A stretch of 64,000 nucleotides of DNA from Octopus sinensis (lineage: Eukaryota), in assembly GCF_006345805.1 (NCBI RefSeq), contig NC_043002.1, positions 14,756,001-14,820,000 on the forward strand, in the 5' to 3' direction. The notes below the pieces were generated by a model, which was not told the DNA's origin, did no database searches, and saw only the letters and a program-made list of their open reading frames with translations. Of this stretch, positions 14,813 through 28,427 are shown piece after piece. Position numbers and translations under genes: made by a program. Numbering within the stretch: position 1 is the stretch's first letter; each line of letters opens with the position of its first letter.

Positions 14813-15316
14813 GAAGGCATTCTCATAAAGTTTAGACAATCCTATCGATAAGATTTAGACAATCATACCATCTACCTATTTGGTTTTCGTCTTCGATTCC
14901 TATCGTTCTATATGGTGCCACTTTAGGCTATAATATTCAATAATTTTCCCCCACTCTATATATATCGGTTCATATTCTGCGTTGTATTTAACATATTTTG
15001 CTGAAAGTTTTAGAAATTATTAAAACTATATTAACGATAAAACGATAAAAAAAAAGGGAATGCAAGTAGAATTATTCGTGATAATTAAATTTCGAATGAA
15101 AAGATGTGCACTTTGAAAAAATTACTAAGAGGGAGAAATACAGTCTGTAGTGGTGCCTAAAGAGGCACTATGTAACAAGAAAGATTAGGCACCGAAGATG
15201 AAAGAAAATAATGGATGGGCGGTAGGATTTCCTAAACCTTATCGAACATATCGTAAATATAATTAGGGCTTTGGTTGCTGAAAAGCTTACTCATTCAAAG
15301 CAGTATTCATTTACTC

Positions 15317-15531
15317 TACGAGGGCGTCTCGATAAGTTCCTGGATTTGGATAGAAGAAAATACTAAGGGATCAGTTAATTATGATGTTCTTCTCAGATTT
15401 ATACATATTGAAGCTGCCTTTCAGTTTTTCTAACCCCTATAAATGAATTTTTACTTCTCATCCAGTTTGAGTTTCCATTTAGCCCTTTTGTGGTACCCTT
15501 CAAATCGGGAACTTTGTAGCACCCTTTCGTA
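15317..15531. mobile_element. Mariner-type MITE remnant
   Basis: Diverged TIRs TACGAGGGCGTCTCGATAAGTTCCTGGATTT / AAATCGGGAACTTTGTAGCACCCTTTCGTA, TA-bounded, no ORF. Confidence 0.6.
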
Positions 15532-15997
15532 GTTTGCTTCTTCACCTACATGACATTTAGTATTACTGGTTATGGCAAGGAACCTCTTTATCCAGATAGT
15601 CCATCTTCATATTTATTTGAATTCAGCTGAAGATGGCCTAAGTTCCGTTGAGAGGCATTTGTTTTATTGGTTACTAGCATCTTTAAAGGTCAGGAAAATT
15701 GAGATATTTAGAAGTTTGGCATGCGTGAGGAGAATCCGTGTATTGTCTGATTTCATAAAATACAAAAACGAAGGCTGTTAAGTGAAGTGTTGTTAATAGA
15801 ATGGCATGTCGCAGGAAAGAAAATTAGTTAGAAAAAATAGCAAGTATAAGAAAAAGATAGCACGTATAATACATTAAGCAATATAGACTAGGAAGTAAAT
15901 TACAGATACACTAAAAACACAATTGAGATACAGCAAAGTAATAAAAACCAAGAAAGAATAGACATCACACACACATAGACACACACACACAAAGACT

Positions 15998-16093
<96 letters not shown>

Positions 16094-16409
16094 GGAGTGT
16101 GAAGATATGAGAGGAGAAGAGATAAAACGTGTGGAGTGGAAGACAGGTATGAAGTAAGAAAGAAAAATACAATAATGATAACAGAATGATAACGTATACA
16201 GAGATTAATCTGAGATAAATGAGAAATTGAGCAGCATACACTTATATGTTTCTATATGCGGCAAAAGACCAAAGAAGTGAAAGGTACTGTTGAATACATT
16301 GAAAGAGCTTTTTGTACTTTATACATGTATCTATATGTATGTATGTGTGTGTATATAGATATGCATATATATATACATATGCACATATATATATGTATAT
16401 ATGTATATA

Positions 16410-16465
<56 letters not shown>

Positions 16466-17289
16466 ATGTATGTGTGTATGTGTGTGTAGAGAGAGAGATA
16501 GATGTATATATTGATGTTCCTTGGTTTTGTGTTTATGTTTTCGTTTCTCATTGTGTTCGCCGTTTTTTTTTGTGTCCTGTACGCATATATGCATGCATAT
16601 ATACATGTAGAGGTAGGTACGTACATATATGTGTGTATATATGCTTATGTTTTATTTATTAATAGATTATATATACGTTAGTTATGTTCGTATTCAGAAC
16701 CATTCTGAAAATACTAATTTTATTTTATGGTATACAATCCCCGCCACATACACACATTTCTTATAAATGAGAGTAGTGTATGTATGTGTATAAATATACC
16801 TCAGTATATATATATGTACGTTGTTATAAGATATATATACACACATAAATTTATATATATGAAAAATGGAAAATGGGACAAGAACGCAAAACATGCGGAC
16901 GGTTAGGTGATACAAAAATGGGACAAGAAAACATCCAGATAAACGATACAAAGAAAACAAAGAAGTTTTCTTTCCCCAGTCAAGTACCAGATTATCTTCG
17001 CAATTTGGGCTGATTATACTTGAGATTGCTCCTATCTGGCCAGCCCCAACGAAAAAAATTAGCTAAGAGCATTAGATTACTTGGAAGAAAGCAGCGAACG
17101 TATACAGAAGCGGAAAGAAAAAAACCGGCAAATGTTACACAAATAAAATACAAATATTAATAACAGAGCATAACAACAGGTGTCTTTCGACTAATGACGA
17201 ATTACGAGAGAGAGAAAGAGAGAAAGAGAGAGGATAGACAGACAGATTGATAAACATAAAGAGAGGGAGCGCATAATCGATATATAGAT

Positions 17290-17324
17290 AGGTAGGTAGG
17301 TACGTACGTAGGTATGTAGGTAGG

Positions 17325-17418
<94 letters not shown>

Positions 17419-17431
17419 TATAGATAGATAT

Positions 17432-17498
<67 letters not shown>
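17290..17498. repeat. (TAGG)n/(GATA)n microsatellite
   Basis: Direct reading. Confidence 0.95.
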
Positions 17499-17499
<1 letters not shown>

Positions 17500-18411
17500 A
17501 GGGATGCGCATGCCTGCTCGTTTGAATAAATGTATATATAACATGTTTCTTTAGCGTGTACATTCATTGAGAGGCCGAGAGTGAAGATAAAACAGTGAAC
17601 CAAATAAAAAGGCAAGTAAAAAACACAGCTGCGCATATAATGAGATTGACTCCGTCATACGATCAGTAAGAAATATGAGGATGGCAGAAGAAAAGTGGAT
17701 GAATTCGCAATTGTTCATTCTGTAAAACTCATAGCACTTTCAGTGAACAAGTAGAAGAAAGAACAACTGGAAACTTGGAGCGATTCGTGTGCTTTGCTAT
17801 TTGATATATTTATTTTAACATATCTTGTTGAATCATTATATTTTTCATTCATTAGTTCTTTGTTGTTGCTACATATAGCAACAAAATAGTTGATGAAGTT
17901 AGAAAAGTTCTGTTATACGGAAATATATATTTTTAATTAACTATATTTATATTTTTTTTTTTTGGCGAGGATAATTACTCATCTTGGTGCTACGAGTCAC
18001 ATAGTAATTTAGATCCAGTTAGTTAGTTAGTTAATTATAAAGCTATTGATTTCTATAGCACCTACATCTATAAGTATTTCTTTACTTCTTGCCAATTGTT
18101 TTCTAGGTATTCACCTAACATAATGATAGCATAATTGAATTTTTCTAATCTTGAATAAATTGTTTTTGTTTATAATTTTTTTTCCCCTGCGAGGTATGTA
18201 ATTAATGAAAATATATATATCAGAAAGCTGCTGGGTGAATTTACTGTCAATAAATAACATATTCGGCATATTTGCTCATGACTGATATTAATGATATTAA
18301 AAATAATAAAGATGATAGATAGAAAAGCATCCCTGTATGTATGTATGTATGTATATATATATATATATGTATGTATGTACATATGTATATATATGTATGT
18401 ATATATATATA

Positions 18412-18484
<73 letters not shown>

Positions 18485-18723
18485 GCATATATGCATATAT
18501 GCATACACACATATATGCACATATATATATATGCATATATATACACATACATATATATATATACATATATACACACATATATATATATATATATATACAT
18601 ATATACACACACATATATAGAGATTATATACTTTAATATATATATATATATATATATATGCATACATATTTATACATACACATATATTTATGAATATACA
18701 CATGCATATAAATATACACATAC

Positions 18724-18776
<53 letters not shown>

Positions 18777-19124
18777 GTATGTATAGATATGGGTGTGTAT
18801 ATATAGCCATATGCATTCGTATATATGCATATAAATATATACTGAATATATATAGATAAACACACATGCATGCTCACACGCAAAATATATGTATGTGTAT
18901 ATTTGTGCGTGTATGTGCATTTGGTTCATGCCACATTGTAAGTACACTTCTAGGCATATAGAGACGGCGGGGTTGGTAGGTAGGTTGGTCGGGAGGTAAG
19001 TCTATGCTTGTACATCATAAAATAAATATTGTCAGAAAAGTTCTGAATGCTTCCGAAAATATCTTGTATTTAACCAGTTTTCGTTAACCATGAAAGTATT
19101 ATTATTGTTATTATTGTTATTAAT

Positions 19125-19134
19125 AATAATGATG

Positions 19135-19174
<40 letters not shown>

Positions 19175-19191
19175 TAATAATAATAATAATG

Positions 19192-19249
<58 letters not shown>
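19125..19249. repeat. (AAT)n microsatellite
   Basis: Direct reading. Confidence 0.95.
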
Positions 19250-19329
19250 GTTAGGATATAATCAAAGAAACAAGCGTAAACGTGCATAATGTGTTATACA
19301 TTTATGAAAAACAATATTAATTTTTATTT

Positions 19330-19645
19330 ATGCACCCTTTTCAAGCTTATCCAGGCTCACGGACCCGGTTTCCAGGTTTCTGTGGCGTATGCGTAGGTGC
19401 CCCCCCCCCACCCAGCTGAACAGGACACCAGTCCATCGCAGCATTACTCAAGAAACAGGAAGAAAGGGTGAGAGAAAGTTGGGGCGAAAGAGTACAACAG
19501 GGGTCGCAATCACGCCCTGCCGGGACCTCATGGAGGTTGAGGCGCTTTCGCTCAATAAGCACACACAACACACGGTCTAGGAATCGAAACCGCGAACCTC
19601 CGACCGCGAGTCATCTGCCCTAACCACTGGGCCATTGCGCCTCCA
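19330..19645 (-). mobile_element. tRNA-derived SINE family C (long form)
   Basis: Minus strand TGGAGGCGCAATGGCCCAGTGGTTAGGGCAG..GGTTTCGATTCC head; CTGCGATGGACTGGTGTCCTGTTCAGCTG central domain. Confidence 0.85.
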
Positions 19646-19650
19646 TTCGC

Positions 19651-19891
19651 TCTTTTAAAGCCTAGCCAGACTCATGGTTCCGGTTTCCCGGTTTCAATGG
19701 CGTATATTTCCGCAGCTGGACGGAACGCCAGTCCATCGCACCGTTACTCATTTTTGCCCGCTGAGTGGACTGGAGCAACGCGAAATGAAGTGTTTTGCTC
19801 AAGAACACAACGCATCGCACGGTACAGGAATCGAAACCACAATCTTACGATCATGATGCTGACACCCTATCCACTAAACCACGCTCCTCCA
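19651..19891 (-). mobile_element. tRNA-derived SINE family C (short form)
   Basis: Head GCGTGGTTTAGTGGATAGGGTGTCAGC..GGTTTCGATTCC; TGCGATGGACTGGCGTTCCGTCCAGCTG; same family as 57228-57463. Confidence 0.85.
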
Positions 19892-21348
19892 TATGTAAAA
19901 AAATAATACTAAACAAATGAACATGCAAAAATTGTTGAAGTTAAATGAAACACTACGTAAAAGCAATGAATAACTAATAAATAAAAATGGACATTTTCTA
20001 ATATAAAATTTAATTTAAGTATCTTCAAAAATCAGCTTCATATACATGTGTGGGGAGTGTACATGTATATACGTACAGCTATATGCATACGAGTGTTGGT
20101 GTTTGTATAAATATTTACATGCAATTTTACACAGTATGTATATTCATAAATACAGCTTCATGCGTGTTAGCTAACAGCCGGATTATGAAACCCTGTGCTC
20201 TTCAGATTCGGCAGTTATGGAAGGGTCTATACGAGTGCTTTTATTGCAGGGACGTGAAAATATGTATTTCACTTGTGGTTGCCGTAAAAGAAAAAGAAAA
20301 AAAGAAATGAACTGATCAAGTTATGTCCCTTGGAAGCAAAGGGCTTCTGGTGTGTTGCAAGTCTTAAGAGTTTTCTGGAAATATGTGTACGATATAGAGG
20401 TTGGTATCCTTATAAGGTCGGAGTGTGTCTAATAGTACTATATCTGTAATGTCTTCGGGAGCGATGTTTAGCGGGCTTATCTCATGTTGCTTATGTGTCA
20501 TTGTGTAGCACATATTTCTCGATTATCACAAAAGTTTTGACCGAAGTTCTAATTCCGATTGTTTACAACAGCAAATAATGTTTAATCCAATGTTGGTAAA
20601 TTCACTACACGAAATCCACAGGGAATTCCAAATATGGTAATTTTTGTATGTTTAAATAGAATATTGATAATTAACTGTGTACAGACGACACAAAATCGCA
20701 CCAGATTATATAATTTAAAGAATGTATATATTAATGCTTAAGAAGGAACGTCTACTGATAAATATTTCAACAGATATTCTTTATATCAAGAAATTTCATA
20801 CACTTGAGAAGATAACACCTGGTCCTTCCAATAGATCACAAGTGCTGGCACAATAACATTAACTGCTTTTACTGCATTTAGAGTACTCTGGATTTAAGTA
20901 GGAAAATAGATTCAGTCTAATTTCCATGTATTGATTATGAAATAGATAATAGCACAATTCACTTAATATCGTCGCAATATGCCACTAATACATAAAACTC
21001 GGTTTTCGTATATTTAATCATGGACATTATATAGGAATATTTCAACCGTATTCACAAGCTGTTGATGCTTGATGGAACGAAAATTACTTATATTCCAAAT
21101 AATATATTGTAATTGCACCTATTGTTTTGCTAATGACAATTATTGATTTATACACGAAAGACATATTCCATCAGAAATGCACCTGATTTATGACAAAACG
21201 ACCAGGATACTTAGCCTTGGGTTAACATCTCTCTGCATGTAAACTTATACAACATTTAGACATCAATGGTGAGATAAATCAAAAGAGGCATTCCAGAATG
21301 AATTGCAATTTTGATTACAGAAAAGGGTATTATGCATACATATATACA

Positions 21349-21392
<44 letters not shown>

Positions 21393-21465
21393 GTATGTAT
21401 AGATAGATAGAAAGATAGACAGATATACATATATATATATATATATAATATATATATATATATAT

Positions 21466-21513
<48 letters not shown>

Positions 21514-21563
21514 GGAGAAAAAGTCAAGATAGAAAATGCTAAATAGATTTTATAAAAAAAATT

Positions 21564-21599
21564 CAGTACCGGTTTCAGTCATTGAGACTTTTTCAACTG
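21564..21599 (-). ncRNA. Minimal type I hammerhead-like motif, U3-A8 core variant
   Basis: CAG-TTGAAAA-AGTC(TCAAT)GACT-GAAA-CCGG-T-A-CTG: stem I 3 bp, stem II 4 bp, palindromic CCGG at stem III. Confidence 0.65.
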
Positions 21600-22204
21600 T
21601 AAGTATAGAAAACAGTTAAATTTTGGAAAAGTTAAAACAAAATATTTTTTAAAAGAATATTTGCATAGTGTTCAAATACAAGTGGTATTTTGTTTGTCTC
21701 TACCCGTCTCTGTCTCTCTTAAGCACATAAATGCGAAACAAGGTGGCAAAAAAAGCCACGAATACCAGAGATAGAATAATACGCTTTATTAATTAAGTAT
21801 ACATACATACATACACACACACGACAAAAATATAGATATGTATTATATATATGTAGTAATTATATGATAACAAATATGGAGGCTTGTAAATCTTCAAAAT
21901 TTATTTGCTTTTATTTTACATGTCATACAACATACTTTTTATGGTTACAACGAACTACACGCATTTCTGCACCACAGAATGTGAGCAGTTGCATATGAAA
22001 CATGACATGATTTTCTGTGCAGCTCCCTTCAACCAGCATGGATCGAAGCGAAATACCAACCGATACCATTAACCGTAATCTGACACATAACTGCAAGCTA
22101 CCTTGGTATCCCTCCGAATAATATATCCCTCTAAACTCACACACGCACTCACACACACACGAACACAGACACACATACACAAACACACACACACACACAT
22201 GCAG

Positions 22205-22246
<42 letters not shown>

Positions 22247-22983
22247 TATTATATATATATGTGCGTATATTTTTCCTCTGTGTACCAATGTACATATATG
22301 GTCCCACGAATGGTAGACAACACTTGATTTTCGGCAGATTTTGTCGAAAACAACACGTTCTTTTTGTCTCGGTCTCTTTAGAAGTAACATGCGAAAACAT
22401 GTTACGTACTAACCAGGTGTAGTTGGGAAATTCTTTCCTTTCCCTTATTTCCTCGCTTTGCTTAATGGATCTTAAGGGAAAGTGCTTTGCAGAAGCAGAT
22501 AATCCTTCAGTTGTATTGCTGGTAGCTTTGAATTATGCATTGCTATGCTTTGTGTACTTTAAAATTGACAGAGATATTACTTAGGTTTCTTCAGAAAGTA
22601 TAAGAATATTCTTTCCTGTGAAATTTCATTTTATTTCCAGAAGTATATATTACGATAAAAAAGAGGGGTGACTGCAAAATATTCCACATTGAATATATTA
22701 CCATAAATATGTAAGATATATATTTACGCTTACACGTGAGCACGTGTTTGTCTGTATGTGTATTTTAGAAGTTAACCCAGAAGCACAGTAACATAGATGC
22801 AAGCATAATCAAATTGACATTGAACTTGATCATCCTAAACGCTTTCAGACAATGTCATACTTGGGGATGTATCTTAAATCTGAGTCGATTGCTGTGTACA
22901 ACACATAGCTTAATACATATCTAGCTTACAGTCGTTCAGAGTTGTCATCAATTGAAACCAGTGTTCTTAGAAGTTTCTACATT

Positions 22984-23150
22984 GGCACAGGAGTGGCTGC
23001 ATGGTAAGTAGCTTGCTTTCCAACCACATGTTTCCGGGTTCAGTCCCACTGCGTGGCACCTTCTGCAAGTGTCTTCTACTTTAGCCTCGGGCCGACCAAA
23101 GCCCTGTGAGTGGATTTGGTCGGATGAAACTGAAAGAAGTTCGTCGTAGG
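22984..23150 (+). mobile_element. SINE family B, 5' half
   Basis: GGCACAGGAGTGGCTGCATGGTAAGTAGCTTGC..GAAACTGAAAGAAG. Confidence 0.85.
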
Positions 23151-23673
23151 AGCACACACACACACAAACACCCATATATATATATATATATATACTACTA
23201 TTAAAAGGGATGTAGCCTTTTTCTCTACAGAAAAAAAAAACCATCAGGAATATTACTGCTCGCTGCAGGGGGACTTGTATCCACTACGATATGTAGCGGC
23301 GGCAAATCAACATGTTGTTCTGAGACTTAACCTAAGAACTTTTATTTTTGGATATAATTGGGTTACTCAGATGTGCTTGTGTTATTCGCTTCCGCTGTTT
23401 TCCAGAGACACGTGTGAGTTTCTCACTTATATTCTCTCGTAAGCTTAACTGAAGACAAACGAACCCTTATACGGTTAAATCCGAAATTGATTCAATATTG
23501 AGATAACGAAATTTAAATGTTCCAAAGGTATAGTTGCCCGAATTTTAGTTCAACTTTCTGTAGCAAGTAGATTAAACGTGGATTTCAGAATATTGGCTTT
23601 AGAAAAACCTTCTTTAGCCCTTGCTTATAAGATATATATGTATATATGTATATGTGTGTGTGTATGTGTGTGC

Positions 23674-23751
<78 letters not shown>

Positions 23752-24405
23752 GTATATGTATAATGTCACAAGTAACAAAAGCGGAATATCTGATACTGTA
23801 CTCGAAATAATTTTGTTATAGATTCGTTTGAATTTACAGTTGCATCACCATAGAGTGAAGGATTAAAAGGCATAACAATGGTTGGAATAGGTCGCTGGGA
23901 ACGATCTGTTTTTAATCCTGATAGGACTCAAGACCAATCATTCAAACTGAATGATAATTAAATTTAAAAATAAAACATTATCGATAAACACGAACACAAG
24001 TGTATGTAGAATCAAACCACATATAAATTACGAAAAAGTGTCAATACGGTGTGGCTCGAATTTCCACATATAACTTTGGAACAGCACTCAAATGGATCCG
24101 TCATGTATGATTAATATGAGCGTAAACATAAAGTAATAAAGTGTTAGATATTCTGTCTCTCAATAAAACACAGAATACTTGTGGCACGGATGCATTTTAT
24201 CATAGCTATGCATATTTCCATTTGATCAACGCCAAATAAAAACAATGCAATTAGCAACGAATACTAACATTAGCATGGGCACAGATATTCCCCGTGCTAC
24301 CTAAAGACGGTAGCTGGATTTCTCTCTCCATTTCTATATGTAGGTATATTTACATATATACATACATATATACATACATACATACATATATATATATATA
24401 ATATA

Positions 24406-24490
<85 letters not shown>

Positions 24491-24520
24491 GCGAGAAAGA
24501 AGCAACAAGAATGGATAGGT

Positions 24521-24611
24521 TTTTAGTACAATCGTTTCATACAAGGACAGGCTTTATTAAAAGTTGTAAAAATTACAGCATATAAACGCGTCCCGTACTC
24601 ATCAGCTAAAA
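24521..24611 (-). ncRNA. Type I hammerhead ribozyme with extended stem II (left arm)
   Basis: Mirror copy of 25822-25912. Confidence 0.75.
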
Positions 24612-25821
24612 TACATGTGAGTTCTCTAGACATCCTAGTGGTTAAGGCTATACTCATGAAGTAATGTAGATAATTAAGTAACATAAACAGATTTCCAAAG
24701 TTCATTAAGTTTTTAAAAGATGATGTACAGTCTTATCACAGAATTTAAAAAAAATTTTAAAAATGATCTTCTAAGATTTGACCTGTAGTCCGACAATGTA
24801 TGAATAATAACGGCAACTCCTTAAGACAATAAAATGAATAAATTAAATAAGTAAGTTTTAATGACTTTTTGATAAGATTATACTTAGATTTTCCTAATGT
24901 ATTTTCTTTTGATTTTAGCATCTGACCCCTAAACCCCTGACTGTGTTATCTCTTTAGATTTTCTTTAAATTCATAGCTGATTTCAACAGCAATAAATTAG
25001 CTGTTTTACTGGCCAAAGAATAATATTCTCCTATAGTTCCTAGATGCCTGTAAATTAAAACCAGACTTGCCGTCTACTAATTCGTCTGTATAACTAGAAC
25101 CCTCTTTTTTAATTTTATTTTTTCCCTTCTTTACCTATTTCTTTCTCTTTTCTCTTTTTTCTGTTTCTTCTTCTTATTCTCTTTTTCCTTTTCTCTTCTC
25201 TTTTAGTCCCCTTCCCCGCCTTTTTTTGCTCCCTCCTCCCTTATTTTCTCTCTTTTCTTCTATTCCCTTCCCTTTCTATTCTTTGCCTCTCTAGAAAGCC
25301 CTTCAGCCTTTAAAAGTTAAATAGCTACAGCCTCTTGTAAATAGCAGTAATGTGATTAATGTGGCAAATACCTAATCATATAACAAGAACTGATACCTAC
25401 CTCATTGTGTTCAACCATTGATAAATTTATCGCCTGTGAATATGAAATTCCTCTTCATTTCTCTGGAAACTTACATCTACACCATTGGAAATTGTGCATC
25501 TATACAAAGGATTAATTCACCCTCTCTGTAATGCTAATAAGCAGGAATTGAGACCCACCTCGTTGTGATTAACAATGGATAAATTTGTCTTCTGTGAGTA
25601 TGAAATCCCTCATCATATCTCTGGAAATTCATATGTGCTCTATGGATTAGGTCACCTTCTCTGTGATGCTATTAGAACTTTTTTAAAATTCTGTGATAAG
25701 ACTGTACATCATCTTTAAAAAACTTTAATGAACTTTGGAAATCTGTTTATGTTACTTAATTATCTACATTACTTCATGAGTATAGCCTCAACCACTAGGA
25801 TGTCTAGAGAACTCACATGTA

Positions 25822-25912
25822 TTTTAGCTGATGAGTACGGGACACGTTTATATGCTGTAATTTTTACAACTTTTAATAAAGCCTGTCCTTGTATGAAACG
25901 ATTGTACTAAAA
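25822..25912 (+). ncRNA. Type I hammerhead ribozyme with extended stem II (right arm)
   Basis: TTTTAG-CTGATGA-GTACGGGAC..GTCCTTGTAT-GAAAC-GATT-GTA-CTAAAA; 6-bp stem I; predicted cleavage after A25906. Confidence 0.78.
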
Positions 25913-26760
25913 ACCTATCCATTCTTGTTGCTTCTTTCTCGCTTATAATCACCCCACATTACTGTATTGTTAAAACAGTATAGTTTTTTTTGGTGCATCT
26001 AAGTTAGGTACCATATTCAAGTAAATTCATTTAAATTAACTTGAATCTTTATTGCTTTTTGTATATATATATATATATATACATACATAAATATATACAC
26101 ACGCCCGTTTTATTTTTATTTTTCCTTTCATGATTTTCAACGTTGTCCATCTGTTATGTATGTTACTTGCATGATAAAAATAATAATATGCAGTTAATTT
26201 ATCAAATACATAAAGTCTAAATTCCGATATAATCAAACATGTCCTTATGGAAAAGCAAATCACAAAAGGATATTCCGGTTGTTGTCTCTACAATATTGCG
26301 CAGGTTGGATAGTAGTGTATAAACATTAAAAGTATTGTTCATATATACATATGGTGCGTGTGTGTGCGTGTGTGTACCTCTGCGTCTGTATCTGTGTATA
26401 TGTCTGTATGCATACATATGCACTCGCGCATATAGGTACATAATGATGAATACATACATATATCTTACAAGCGCGTGGGCACATTATGTTAGTGCGTGTA
26501 TACATATATCTACACGCACACACGTATACACATCCATTCATCCATCCATCCATCCATACACACACACACACATAAATGGACAAACCACCCACACCCGGAT
26601 ATGTCTCCGCAAACAATAACTCTCTGCTCGAATGGGCTTTGGTGCCCCAATCCTGAATTGAAATACTTTGAAAGGTTGTGTTATTAAGTTAGACATGGCC
26701 TGGGCCAATACTGGCCAAAACCTTTCTAAGTTATTCTAAGTTATTATTATATATATATAT

Positions 26761-26793
<33 letters not shown>

Positions 26794-27880
26794 GGGAGAA
26801 TTTGAATTTAGATTCAGTAGGGTATTTAAATACCACTCGCTATAATCGGTGCCTTCGCTCCAAAACCGCCGGCAGCTCACTATTGAAATACATACGGGCA
26901 ATGCAATGACCATAGGAGAAACAGGCTTACCTTGCGTGGAATACATAAGTAAGGATTGTATATTTCAATATTAATTGATTTCACCCTGTCTATGACAAAC
27001 ATACTCTGGGATCGTCAGTTGAAAATAACATTTTTAGCATCTATTTATAAAATATTCATCAGATTACCTCTTGCGTTCTTTACTTTAACTGTCCCCGCGA
27101 CATTTAAAACAAAACTACCCTGTATTATTACAGTTGTTAATGATAATAAGGTGGATCGCTAGTTTACGCTTTTATAGGCTAATTATTTGCTAAATACAGA
27201 TTCAGTAGGGCATTAAGCTTATATTTTGCCTCTAAAGGTGTAAATTTGCCAGCCACTTTATTATTATCATTAATGACGATAATACACTATATACTAATCA
27301 TAATACACATTTACTAATCATCTAGGTATTTGTTGTTTACGTGAGATCAACATGCAATACAAAGATTGTAATGCGATCATATTAGAATTATGGACGCAAA
27401 AGAGGACAACTAAATATATTATATTAATGATTAGTAGGGGGTTTATTGCTATTTTGAGACTTACTATTTAGTTGTTCATCGTATGCTGTTTCTTCACAAA
27501 CGAATTTGATTGAGCATAATCGTTAATATCTACTCTTGCTTTTCCAACTATTTCATATTAGATGCATGATTTTAATGTAACACGAGGGAAATATCAGATA
27601 TATTTTTCTGTTTTCTTTTTCTTTATGACCAATATCCCTTTATTGCATCTAAATATCATTATGGATAATTGTAATTTTTTTTTCTTTTACATAAAATATT
27701 TTATGTATTGTCCATAACAAAGAGAGAAGCACCTTGAAAGTATACAGATTACAGAGAAGAACAAAGTTATGAAGCTCTTATGTTTTCAATGACTCTTCAA
27801 GTAGAAATGTAAGACGTCTGTCGTTATATCTTGTTAAATAATATTTTTCTCCTTACATTAGGATCGGTAACGAAAATGAA

Positions 27881-28032
27881 ATTTTACATACGGCTCTCTG
27901 ATACATTTCTCTTGAATCCAAATATCACGTACTTTGATATATATATCTATCTATCTATCTATCTATATATATATATATAAGCACGCGATATTTGTATTCA
28001 AGAGAAATGTATCAGTAAGCCATATGCAAAAT
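27881..28032. repeat. Foldback/MITE-like inverted repeat around a (TA)/(TATC) spacer
   Basis: 53-bp arms 27882-27934 and 27979-28031, roughly 85% complementary by eye. Confidence 0.75.
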
Positions 28033-28235
28033 ATATATATGGATAAATTATGAAATGGTGTCAAACGGTGGTTATTCTAATCAGTTTTACTTCCAACATA
28101 TGTTTTAAAAAAAGGCATTGAGATTATTCCAGGGGGAATAAAAATGATGTAAAGCAATGCAATCACCTCGTCAAGGAAAAATTATGTATTTTTGTTCGTT
28201 TTGTCCCCGACAAGACGATTGCTTTGCATTACATC

Positions 28236-28336
28236 ATTATTCAGGTCACTGCCTGGATTCGAACTCGGAATCTTGGGGTTAAGGGCGCGGGCTACTAACG
28301 CCAAAATTCCGAGTTCGATTCCAGGCAGTGACCTGC

Positions 28337-28427
<91 letters not shown>

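Larger units (their letters stand above)
24491..25942. mobile_element. Penelope-type element with about 260-bp inverted terminal arms (24491-24752 / 25679-25942)
   Basis: Arms near-identical (mirror ORFs 24523-24705 and 25728-25910 differ at one residue); each carries an HHR; left end abuts (TA)n. Confidence 0.75.

Noticed and set aside
24523-25910. Duplicated 60-aa ORF on opposite strands
   Set aside because: Simply a consequence of the inverted arms; overlaps the HHR and has no protein motif
28278-28335. Possible functional tRNA gene
   Set aside because: No complete acceptor stem or 5' end; embedded in a repeat, so a SINE head
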